NCBI GenBank assembly: GCA_049521795.1
Contig: JBEKOM010000001.1
Coordinates: forward strand, 416,001-480,000
DNA length: 64,000 nt
Source: Candidatus Bathyarchaeia archaeon
Lineage (GTDB): Archaea > Thermoproteota > Bathyarchaeia > Bathyarchaeales > Bathycorpusculaceae
Reading direction: 5' to 3'
Below, one piece after another: positions 51,251 to 61,017 of this stretch. The number at the start of each line of letters is the position of its first letter. The first letter of the stretch is position 1. The translations under genes and the position numbers were made by a program. The notes under the pieces are model-generated. The model was not told the origin of the DNA and ran no database searches. It saw only the letters and a list, made by a program, of their open reading frames with translations.

Positions 51251-51858
51251 ATGGATGTTAGAACAGCCAAGAGGCTTCTTCGAGAGGAAATGTGGAGAAG
51301 ACTTGAAGCTGAAGGTGTTGCAAGGTTTCCACTGCCATGCTTTGGACACGTGCCAAACTTTGAAGGTTCAGACAAGGCTGCACAGAATGCTAGGCTTCTA
51401 TCAGAGTGGAAAGAAGCGAAGGTTGTGTTTGTCAACCCGGATTTTGCTCAACAGAAGGTCAGAGAGTACGCGCTTTTGGATGGTAAGTTGCTTGTCATGG
51501 CTTCTCCGAAGCTGAAGCACGGCTACATTGTGGTTGATCCAGCGAAGGTCAGAGGCTCAGAGAGTCATGCTTCCACCATAAGAGGAGCATTCAGTCTCGG
51601 AAAAATCGTAGGTCTTCAAGAGATGCCCAAGTTGAATTTGATTGTCGAGGGTTCGGTTGCTGTTGACTTGAAGGGAAATAGGCTTGGCAAGGGTGGCGGA
51701 TACGGCGACGTGGAGATTCGAAGTTTGCGGGCAAAATTTGATTCTATACCTGTCATAACGAGCCTTCATGACTCGCAAGTCGTCGAAAATGTTCCGTTTG
51801 AAGAGAAGACGAGAGAGTGTCGATAATCGTCACACCTACAAGGGTCATTTATGTTTGA
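51251..51858 (+). CDS. 5-formyltetrahydrofolate cyclo-ligase family protein with a frameshift near the 3' end
   Basis: PNFEG, NPD..Q, GSVAVD and RLGKGGGYGD motifs. The conserved tail DERVSIIVTPTRVIYV lies in another frame (51808-51858). Confidence 0.82.
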
Positions 51859-51872
51859 CGGATGAACTACCA

Positions 51873-51888
51873 TCACGTGACGGCATAA
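51873..51888. repeat. 16-bp direct repeat TCACGTGACGGCATAA, left copy
   Basis: Identical to 53860-53875; contains a near-palindromic core. Confidence 0.85.
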
Positions 51889-51952
51889 CGCCTATCCCGC
51901 TTGGTTTGATTATTGAAAAGAGGATATTCGGTTAAAAGGAGGCGATAAAACG

Positions 51953-52300
51953 GTGTCTGAAATGACCGCTTATTGCGGACTCGACTGTAACGAATGCAAA
52001 GCCTTCAAAGCGACTCAAGTGAACGATTACGAACTGAAGAAGCAGATAGCCGAACGCTGGTCTGGTCAGGGTCCCGTCAAATTCAAGCCAGAAGATGTCG
52101 ATTGTCGAGGGTGCAAATCGGACGTGATTTCCGGATGGTGCCGAAAACTCTGCAAGGTAAGACCGTGCGCTGCAGAAAAGAAGGTCATTACCTGTGCCCA
52201 CTGTGACGAGTATCAATGCGACAGATTGAAGGAATTCCTGCGCGACGAGCCTGTGGCTGCAGGAAACCTTGAAAAGACTCGAAAAACTCTTCAATCCTGA
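51953..52300 (+). CDS. DUF3795 family Cys-rich protein
   Basis: AYCGLDCNEC, CRGC, C.VRPC and CAHCDEY.C motifs. Confidence 0.8.
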   Translation: MSEMTAYCGLDCNECKAFKATQVNDYELKKQIAERWSGQGPVKFKPEDVDCRGCKSDVISGWCRKLCKVRPCAAEKKVITCAHCDEYQCDRLKEFLRDEPVAAGNLEKTRKTLQS

Positions 52301-52317
52301 TTGCAAGGCGCAAGATA

Positions 52318-53061
52318 ATGACGTTCACTCAGGATGTGAAGAAGAAAGCAGAGCAAGCTGGTTTCGTAGCGGTCGGTGTCTCAAACCTGGACATGCTTCG
52401 CGAGCTGCCCTACGGAAAGATCAAATACGTAGGCACACTTAGGACCCCAGAAGAAGTAATGCCAGAAGTCAAATCAGTCATACTGATGGGCATTCATGCT
52501 TGGGACCCAGTGTTCAACGTCGTCGCAGACTCAACGAAACTTCATTTCAACAAGAAACAAAAGCCGAGCGTTTCTTTGGAGGGCTATCAACTGTACCATC
52601 AGATCGCGTCGAGCAAGGCTTGGAAAGTCGCTCAATTTCTGATGAAAAAGGGTTATGATTCGATTCCATCATTCAGCATTCCACTGAAAACCTCTGCCGT
52701 CAAGTGCGGCCTCGGCTGCCAAGGCAAGTGCACGTTGTTGGTGACTCCGACTTATGGACCGAGAGTCAGGCTGGTTTCACTGCTCACGACAGCGGAATTA
52801 GACGTAGATGAGCCTTTCAGAGAAGGACTATGTAAAAGCTGTGACAAATGTGTGCGGGCTTGTCCGGCTAAAGCAATTGAACCGTACAAGCTCAATGTCG
52901 ACAAGTGTATGGTGTACGCGTCTGAGAACCCGCGTTCAAGGAAAGTCCCTGATGAGACGAGAGAGTTGGAGAAGAGGCTTGTCAAGCGGCCGACTTCTAA
53001 CAGTTTCATAGAATGCTCCATATGCCTGGAAGCTTGTCCAATAGGAAAAACTGTAGGCTAA
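52318..53061 (+). CDS. Epoxyqueuosine reductase-like / reductive dehalogenase-like 2x[4Fe-4S] protein
   Basis: K.SAVKCGLG..GK, YGPRVRL, CKSCDKCVRACP and CSICLEACP motifs. Confidence 0.78.
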   Translation: MTFTQDVKKKAEQAGFVAVGVSNLDMLRELPYGKIKYVGTLRTPEEVMPEVKSVILMGIHAWDPVFNVVADSTKLHFNKKQKPSVSLEGYQLYHQIASSKAWKVAQFLMKKGYDSIPSFSIPLKTSAVKCGLGCQGKCTLLVTPTYGPRVRLVSLLTTAELDVDEPFREGLCKSCDKCVRACPAKAIEPYKLNVDKCMVYASENPRSRKVPDETRELEKRLVKRPTSNSFIECSICLEACPIGKTVG

Positions 53062-53087
53062 TGCCATTTCATCCTTATCTTTTTTCA

Positions 53088-53819
53088 TTACTCCAAAGAA
53101 GCTGTGCGCGAAGCAATTGTGTTGGTTCTTTTTTCTGGTGGCACGCGCTTGAACATTTCGACATACGGGATTAGCGACGCGACAAGTTTGTTTTCGGCTT
53201 TCTTCAGATGCTCTTGATAAGTGGTTCTGGAAACTTTCTTCTTGTGTGCGATGTCCTGGACGTTGGCCTTTCTCGGCAGGTTGTAATAGCCGTTGCTGTA
53301 CGCAGTTAGCAATGCATCCATCTGTTTTTCTGTCAGGTCAGAAAATAGTGAATCCGCAGTCAAGGTAAGCGAACTTGCTATTAACCCTTCAAAATCGACT
53401 TTGCGGAGAATCTCGTATTCGATGCCTTTTTTCTCGAATCTTTGCATGAGAGCCCTCAGGTCTTCGTGTCTAAACACGATCATGCGGTAGTATTCCCAGC
53501 CGTGACGGTAGATTATCGGCGAGATTTGGAGAAGGTCGAATTCATCAAGTATTCTCGTCACCGAATCTTCGGCTTTGCAGAAGCATTTCTTCACGAAGAA
53601 ATGGGCGTTGTGGAGGTCGGATGACTTTTCGACCATTCCCTCTATTTTCGATATTTCATCAATCACAGCAGAATATCCGTTTGGTTCGTCGGTTATGACT
53701 TCGATTACATCATATTCTCTGTTGCACCAGCCGAACATTTTCAAGCGCGGATATTTCTTCGATATGTTGCAGTAAGTGCAGTCGTGAGTTGCCTTGAATG
53801 CGACCTCAGACAGCGTCAT
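53088..53819 (-). CDS. Bacterio-opsin-activator-type (HTH_10) transcriptional regulator
   Basis: LTEKQ..AL..AY..GYY..PR......IA........T..EHL.KAE.KL pattern. Confidence 0.88.
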   Translation of the reverse strand: MTLSEVAFKATHDCTYCNISKKYPRLKMFGWCNREYDVIEVITDEPNGYSAVIDEISKIEGMVEKSSDLHNAHFFVKKCFCKAEDSVTRILDEFDLLQISPIIYRHGWEYYRMIVFRHEDLRALMQRFEKKGIEYEILRKVDFEGLIASSLTLTADSLFSDLTEKQMDALLTAYSNGYYNLPRKANVQDIAHKKKVSRTTYQEHLKKAENKLVASLIPYVEMFKRVPPEKRTNTIASRTASLE

Positions 53820-53859
53820 AAAAGAGATCTAATCGTCCTCATATTTAGCGGTTAACACG

Positions 53860-53875
53860 TCACGTGACGGCATAA
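53860..53875. repeat. 16-bp direct repeat TCACGTGACGGCATAA, right copy
   Basis: Identical to 51873-51888; overlaps the perfect palindrome CGTCACGTGACG at 53858-53869. Confidence 0.85.
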
Positions 53876-54034
53876 TACCCAAACGACCGCGTTCGAACTG
53901 GCTGCGCGCGGCCGCCGAATCTTAAACCTTTCCGTATCATTCCCCAGAATGGAAAGTGGGTTTTGCGGGAAGTGACAGTTAATCTTAAAACTAAGATGTG
54001 GAAGAGTAACAGCATTGCAATAAGGTGAACAAAC

Positions 54035-54445
54035 ATGGTGAAAGTAGAAGGATACGAAGTTCCTGAAGGACTATACTACACGAAAGAATTCGAATGGCTC
54101 AAGGTTGAAGGTGACAAGGTCCGCATAGGCGTCACAGACTACGCTCAGAAACAACTCAGAGAGATCGTCTACGCAGAACTGCCGAGTCCGGGGACAACGA
54201 CGAAGCAGAACGAGCCGTATGGCACTGTGGAGTCGGTGAAAGCCGTCTCAGACTTGGTCGCGCCCGTAAGCGGAACGATAGAGGAAGTGAACGCAGAGGT
54301 CCAGTCGAAGCCTGAACTGTTGAACGAAGACCCGTACGTGAAAGGCTGGCTAATAATTATGAAACCGTCAGACCTGCAAGCAGAGCTGGCTAACCTCATG
54401 GACTTCAACAAGGCCGTCGAATGGCACAAGACGCTGAAGAAATGA
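54035..54445 (+). CDS. gcvH: Glycine cleavage system H protein
   Basis: EW, IGVTDYAQ, VESVKAVS (lipoyl lysine), APVSG and NEDPY..GW motifs. Confidence 0.93.
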   Translation: MVKVEGYEVPEGLYYTKEFEWLKVEGDKVRIGVTDYAQKQLREIVYAELPSPGTTTKQNEPYGTVESVKAVSDLVAPVSGTIEEVNAEVQSKPELLNEDPYVKGWLIIMKPSDLQAELANLMDFNKAVEWHKTLKK

Positions 54446-54455
54446 AGGACCATAA

Positions 54456-55802
54456 ATGCCTAAGCGCATAGTAATCATCGGTGCACACGCAGCAGGCGTG
54501 GACGCCGCCTCAGCCGCCAGAAAAACGGATCGGCAAGCAGAAATAACAATGATAACTGAAGAGAAACATGCTGGTTACTCGCGCTGCGGACTGCCCTTCG
54601 TCATAGGCGGCCAGATCCCGAGCTTCAATGACCTGATAGTTTTTTCCCCAGCATACTTTCAAATGATGAAGATCAACCTCAAAACCGAAACGAAAGCCAC
54701 GGCTGTAAACACACAAAACAAGACTGTCGACACGACGGACAAGGACGGCAAGACTGAAACATTACAGTACGACAGCCTGATAATAGCCACGGGTGCCAGC
54801 TCGTTTACGCCTCCGATAAAGGGCAGGGAGAAGCAGGGTGTGAGTTCTCTCCGAACGTTAGACGATGGCGAGAAGATTGATGAGGCGATCAAGAAAGGAG
54901 CAAAGACAGCCGTTGTCATGGGTGCAGGTCTGATCGGGCTTGAAATGGCAGTGGCACTTCACGAAAGAGGGTTGAAAGTGACAGTTGTGGAGATGCTGCC
55001 TCAGGTGCTGCCGTTGCCGCTTGACGCTGAAATGGCGAAGATGCTTCAAGACTTGCTTGAGCAAAAAGGAATAACTGTGCTCACCGGAAAAACCGTCGAA
55101 GAGTTCCTGGGAACCGACAAGGTGACAAGTATCAAGGCAGGCGGAGAGCAGATTAACGCAGACCTGTTCGTGAGCGCCTTCGGAGTGAGGTCAAACACGC
55201 AACTCGCCGTCAACGCTGGCATAGCCTTAGGTGAAACCAAAGCCATCAGAACAAACGCGCGAATGGAAACAAACATCAAAGACGTCTACGCGATAGGCGA
55301 CTGTGCAGAAACCTTTGGCATAACAACGCAGAGACCAGTGCTGCCACAGCTCGGCACGGTGGCGGTGAGAACGGGAAAGATAGCAGGCATCAACGCTGCA
55401 GGAGGATACTCCCTCTTCACAGGCGCCTTAGGCTCAGCGGTTTCAAGGCTGTTTGACACGGACTGCGGTTGGACAGGGTTGACAGAAGCAGCTGCAAAAA
55501 GGGCAAGCATAGAAGTGGTCTCTGGCACGATTTCTTCAAAGACCAAGGCTGACTACTATCCAGGTGCTCTGCCGATAAAGGTCAAGCTTGTCGTTGAGAA
55601 AGAGTCGCAGAGAATAATCGGCGCACAGATCATCGGCGGAGAAGAAGTCACTCAGCGCATCAACGCCATATCCTTAGCAATACAGAGGGGAATGACCGCA
55701 AGAGACCTTTCAAAGGCAGACACTGCGTACGCACCGCCCGTGTGCGAGACTTGGGAGCCGATGGTTCTAGCCGCAGAAATGGTGCTGATGAAGCTCCGTT
55801 AG
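54456..55802 (+). CDS. CoA-disulfide reductase / NADH oxidase family flavoprotein
   Basis: Single redox Cys YSRCGLP, ATG, GAGLIGLE, YAIGDC, YYPG and AYAPP motifs. Confidence 0.85.
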   Translation: MPKRIVIIGAHAAGVDAASAARKTDRQAEITMITEEKHAGYSRCGLPFVIGGQIPSFNDLIVFSPAYFQMMKINLKTETKATAVNTQNKTVDTTDKDGKTETLQYDSLIIATGASSFTPPIKGREKQGVSSLRTLDDGEKIDEAIKKGAKTAVVMGAGLIGLEMAVALHERGLKVTVVEMLPQVLPLPLDAEMAKMLQDLLEQKGITVLTGKTVEEFLGTDKVTSIKAGGEQINADLFVSAFGVRSNTQLAVNAGIALGETKAIRTNARMETNIKDVYAIGDCAETFGITTQRPVLPQLGTVAVRTGKIAGINAAGGYSLFTGALGSAVSRLFDTDCGWTGLTEAAAKRASIEVVSGTISSKTKADYYPGALPIKVKLVVEKESQRIIGAQIIGGEEVTQRINAISLAIQRGMTARDLSKADTAYAPPVCETWEPMVLAAEMVLMKLR

Positions 55803-55844
55803 CATCCACTCATTTCTTCATCAGAAAGCAAGTCGGAAACTTAA

Positions 55845-56903
<1,059 letters not shown>

Positions 56904-56973
56904 CCCGAACCTGACGAGTGAAATCAAACATTTTCCGCCATTATTTTTTTCCTATTGTTAGGTGTTGGAAAAC

Positions 56974-58203
56974 ATGCCGAAGTTCCTCACGTTGGATGAT
57001 GTGAAGGTCAAGGACAAAGTTGTACTCGTGAGGGTTGACTTCAACTCGGCGATAGACCCTAAGACTCAGAAGATCTTGGAAGACGCGAGGATTCGAGCTC
57101 ATGCTGAAACAACGATCAAAGAGCTTTCCGACAAAGGCGCAAGAGTCGTGATCCTGGCGCATCAGGGACGCAAAGGAGACCCAGATTTTATTCCATTGAA
57201 GCAACATGCTGAGATTCTGGGCAAAATCTTGAAGAAACCAGTCAAGTATGTTGATGACCTTTTCGGAGAAAAAGCGAAGACCGCTATAAAGAACTTGAAG
57301 AGCGGCGAGATTCTCGTTCTGGAGAACGTGAGGACGTTTGCCGGTGAAACCAAAGATGGATCGCCGGAAGATCATGCGAAGACAGAGCTTGTCAAAAACC
57401 TTGCTCCACTGGCGGACCTTTTCGTGAACGATGCCTTCGCAGCTGCACACAGAGCGCACGTGTCAATGGTTGGCTTCACCGCCGTATTGCCCAGTGCCGC
57501 AGGTCGCATAATGGAGAGAGAACTGAAATCGCTCAGCAAAGTGTTGGAGAACCCGGAAAAACCTTGCATCTTCATACTTGGAGGAGCCAAAGCGGACGAC
57601 TCCCTTGAAATTTCCAAGTACGTATTGGACAAAGAAATAGCCAGCAACGTGCTCACAGGAGGAGTCGTAGGCCAAGTGTTCTTAGCGGCTGAAGGCGTAG
57701 ACCTCGGCAAACCGAACATGGAATACTTGAAGAAAAAGGAGCTCATGAATTTCTTGCCGGGCATTAAAGAGCTCTTTAGAAAATACCCAGACAGAATTAA
57801 GACACCACAGGATTTGGCCGTTGAAGTGCATGGCAAAAGAAAAGAGATATCCATCAACGAACTACCCACAGAATATCCGACTTACGACATCGGGACAAAA
57901 ACGGTCGATGACTATGCTAAGATCATAAGAAATGCTAAATCAATCGTCATCAGCGGACCGATGGGAGTTTATGAGAACAAGGAGTTCAGTTTTGGAACGA
58001 AGAGGATTCTTGAAGAGATCGCGAATTCTAAAGCGTTCTCTCTGGCCGGAGGAGGACACACGATATCGGCCATTGAAGAGTTTGGGTTAACAAAGAAAAT
58101 ATCGTACATCAGCACGGCCGGCGGAGCGCTGATAGAGTTTCTGATGGGCAAGAAGCTTCCAGGCGTCGCAGCACTGGAAAAAGCGGCGGCAAGAACAGCT
58201 TAA
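56974..58203 (+). CDS. pgk: Phosphoglycerate kinase
   Basis: RVDFN, HQGR, LENVR, NDAFAAAHR, LGGAK, GPMG, GGGHT and STAGGA motifs. Confidence 0.95.
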   Translation: MPKFLTLDDVKVKDKVVLVRVDFNSAIDPKTQKILEDARIRAHAETTIKELSDKGARVVILAHQGRKGDPDFIPLKQHAEILGKILKKPVKYVDDLFGEKAKTAIKNLKSGEILVLENVRTFAGETKDGSPEDHAKTELVKNLAPLADLFVNDAFAAAHRAHVSMVGFTAVLPSAAGRIMERELKSLSKVLENPEKPCIFILGGAKADDSLEISKYVLDKEIASNVLTGGVVGQVFLAAEGVDLGKPNMEYLKKKELMNFLPGIKELFRKYPDRIKTPQDLAVEVHGKRKEISINELPTEYPTYDIGTKTVDDYAKIIRNAKSIVISGPMGVYENKEFSFGTKRILEEIANSKAFSLAGGGHTISAIEEFGLTKKISYISTAGGALIEFLMGKKLPGVAALEKAAARTA

Positions 58204-58392
58204 GACCATCATGCTGTTTCCAGTGGCGCCCGTCACTGTCGTTTTATGGAGTGTGCTCTCGCAACGGTCGTAGCGCGCGCTAAAGACGGAGTTCGGAGGC
58301 AAACGATCGCTAGACGACTGATATCCGGATTGAAGCTTGTCTGACAAGTGTTAAATTCTGCAAGGACAACTGTGCGCATGTGAGGCGTTTGT

Positions 58393-58704
58393 TTGAATAA
58401 GGAAGCGGGTCGTGTGAAAATCACTGTGCTCAAACGGTTTGACACCAAAGAGGTATTCAAAGTCCCTCCAGTCAAGGCAAAGTACAGTGGCCCATGCCCC
58501 ATCTTCAAGGAAGGACAGGTTTTCCATATTGATGATAGAATGCCAAGCGGGTTTTGCCCCTATGCTTGGGACGTAATCTTCGGGGGAGTTGTGACGCTCA
58601 AGTCCAACGGCAACTTCAGCGATTGGTATGATGAACCTGGAGTTGCAGTAGTGAGTTGTCCAGACGGATTAAGACCCGTTATTTTCAAGCTAGAGCGAAA
58701 ATAG
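58393..58704 (+). CDS. TIGR04076-like small Cys protein
   Basis: CP.FKEGQ.F, FCPYAW and SCPDGLRPVIFKLER motifs. Confidence 0.78.
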   Translation: MNKEAGRVKITVLKRFDTKEVFKVPPVKAKYSGPCPIFKEGQVFHIDDRMPSGFCPYAWDVIFGGVVTLKSNGNFSDWYDEPGVAVVSCPDGLRPVIFKLERK

Positions 58705-59074
58705 ACAGAGTCTTCCTCAACGTGTCTTCATAAGGCACATTAAAACCCTAATACCTATTGAAGAATTCATCCTCTGAAGACCGCGCTCACGAAACATGGC
58801 CACCTCTTTCTTGAGAAACCCTTTTCTCATAAGAACCGCATTCGTTCCTTAGTGCGAAACTGGTACCTGCGAAGTGGGTACTCGTGGGGTAAGTTTGTCG
58901 TTATTAGACGTTGACTCTGAGGGTCAAATGAACTGTTTGAACGTCAAAGAATGCGAGGCATGGCTACCCGTATTTCGCAAGGGTTGAGAAGATGTATCGG
59001 ATGTAAAAGTAATTTGTTTATACGATACTTTTTTTATATCGGTTAACTCATAGAGGGATCGTGGAAATGTCATC

Positions 59075-60001
59075 ATGCAGATGCTGAAGCCCAAGATATA
59101 CTCGCGGATACTTTCGAAAAAGAGGGCTTTGGACAGACTTCGCCCCCTGCCTTCTCAGTTTGTCAAAAAACTGTGGGAACAGATGCAGATCGAGTTTGCG
59201 TACAACTCTAATGCCATCGAGGGCAACACTCTTTCGCTTAGAGAAACTCAGCTCGTCATTCAAGAGGGAATAACGATTCGTGGAAAGAGCCTGAGAGAAC
59301 ATTTGGAGGCGAGAAACCATCCAGATGCCATTGACTATGTGGAAAAACTCGCCCGAAAGAAGACAGCAATCAGGCAAGACGATGTTTTGAGGGTGCATGT
59401 ACTTCTTATGCGCGGCATAAATGATGAAAACGCAGGGAAGTATAGAAGTGGTCAAGTTAGGGTTGCGGGTGCGACTTTCATGCCGCTCTCAGCGGAAAAA
59501 ATCCCGTCGTTGATAAGCGAGCTTCTGCAGACGCTCAACCAAAACCCGGACGAATTAAGGCCGATTGAACTGGCGGCTTTTTTCCATCACAGGTTCGTCT
59601 ATATACATCCTTTTCTGGACGGAAATGGCAGAACTGCAAGGCTTCTAATGAATGTCGTTCTATTGAGAACCGGGTATCCGTTTACGGTCCTCCTTAGAGT
59701 AGATCGACCGAAATATTTGAGAGCATTAGGTGAAGCAGATAACGGAAATTTGATTCCTTTCGCAAATTTCGTGGCCAGCTGTGTTGAGAGGTCGCTTGAC
59801 ATTTACCTTCTTGCGTTTGGAAAAGAAGCAGAAATACTGACTCTGACCGAAGCGAGCAAACTCACGCCCTATACACAAGAATACTTGAGCCTATTGGCCC
59901 GAAAGGGCAGCACAGGAGCCTTCAAACTCCGCAGAAACTGGGTCATAACAAAAAAGGCTTTAGACGAATACCTTAAAGCACATCCGAGAAATCCCTCATA
60001 A
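59075..60001 (+). CDS. Fic family protein with C-terminal HTH
   Basis: SNAIEGN inhibitory motif, HPFLDGNGRTAR catalytic motif, LTLTEASK...QEYLSLLARKG HTH. Confidence 0.9.
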   Translation: MQMLKPKIYSRILSKKRALDRLRPLPSQFVKKLWEQMQIEFAYNSNAIEGNTLSLRETQLVIQEGITIRGKSLREHLEARNHPDAIDYVEKLARKKTAIRQDDVLRVHVLLMRGINDENAGKYRSGQVRVAGATFMPLSAEKIPSLISELLQTLNQNPDELRPIELAAFFHHRFVYIHPFLDGNGRTARLLMNVVLLRTGYPFTVLLRVDRPKYLRALGEADNGNLIPFANFVASCVERSLDIYLLAFGKEAEILTLTEASKLTPYTQEYLSLLARKGSTGAFKLRRNWVITKKALDEYLKAHPRNPS

Positions 60002-60080
60002 GAATTCAAACGAGACTTTCAAAACGATGTTCATAACAAATATAAACGCGAGTCTGCATAAACGATTGCGGGGCTTGATT

Positions 60081-60275
60081 GTGAGCGTTGAAGTGTTGAA
60101 GGACATTAAGAATGAGCTGAAAGAACTGAGGATTCTCTACAAGGAGCTGGTGGAAAAACTGATACCAGTCGAAGTGCCCACAAGTGAAGAAAAGAGGGCT
60201 ATTGAAGAAAAAGGTGAAATTGCCAGCGAAAGAGAAATGATGAAGGCTCTGGGCAAGACACATGTTCGCCGTTAG
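60081..60275 (+). CDS. Putative antitoxin
   Basis: Small ORF (IPVEVPTSEEKRAI) overlapping the start of the RelE-like gene. Confidence 0.65.
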   Translation: MSVEVLKDIKNELKELRILYKELVEKLIPVEVPTSEEKRAIEEKGEIASEREMMKALGKTHVRR

Positions 60276-60525
60276 CATAAAGAGGAAAGCCCTGAGAAAC
60301 TCAGAGAAACTGGACAAGAAGCAAAAACAAAGAATAGCAACAATTATCATGATTCTGAAAAAAGACCCGATTCCATACAGGAAAGCCGACATCTGCAAAC
60401 TGAAGGGCTATGAAAGCATATATAGGATCAGAATGGGAGACTTGAGAATCGTTTACCAGGTCTCTTGGAACGAAAGGATAATACTCATTCATTACATCGG
60501 GCCAAGAGAAAGAGCCTATGAATAA
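60262..60525 (+). CDS. RelE/ParE family toxin
   Basis: KLKG....YRIRMGDLRIVY and IGPRERAY motifs. Confidence 0.85.
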   Translation: MFAVSIKRKALRNSEKLDKKQKQRIATIIMILKKDPIPYRKADICKLKGYESIYRIRMGDLRIVYQVSWNERIILIHYIGPRERAYE

Positions 60526-60780
60526 GAGGATGAAACGATCGCTCCACAATCGCTTTGGCAGTTGGTTCACCTATTTGAGGAAGAAACAAAGAAGGAATCT
60601 CGGCAGAAATCTCTAATCCTTCATAACGCCCGTATTCACAGTTGCCTCGCGGGCTTACATTCCGAGTAATGACATACAAACTTGATGTTATCCCGTTTAG
60701 CGTCGCACTCTTTCTGGGTATAATGCGCGAATATCTCACACATACTTCAGGAAAGAAGTTGCCCCTGTGGGGCGATTGAT

Positions 60781-60987
60781 TTACGGTTTTGGTCTTCTTC
60801 GTCTGAAAGTGTCAATCAGCTGAATGGTTCTTAACGACAAGACAAGAACCATGAGCAAGAATAGGCTGACAGCAACGAGGGTCCAATCGTGATAAGCATA
60901 GAAGATGACCAGTGCGATTATCAAGGCAGTCAAAGCTGTAGCCACTAAGGAAAGGGGAACTCCGTGTGCGCGCACCCGAGTCAACAT
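60781..60987 (-). CDS. Small two-TM membrane protein
   Basis: Two hydrophobic helices, basic tail, AAGGAG RBS. Confidence 0.55.
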   Translation of the reverse strand: MLTRVRAHGVPLSLVATALTALIIALVIFYAYHDWTLVAVSLFLLMVLVLSLRTIQLIDTFRRRRPKP

Positions 60988-61017
60988 CTCCTTTGGGTCT
61001 AGAAGAATGATGCGAGC

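Noticed and set aside
58774-58796. Hammerhead ribozyme core (CTGAAGA...GAAAC)
   Set aside because: The sequence between the motifs cannot form stem II.
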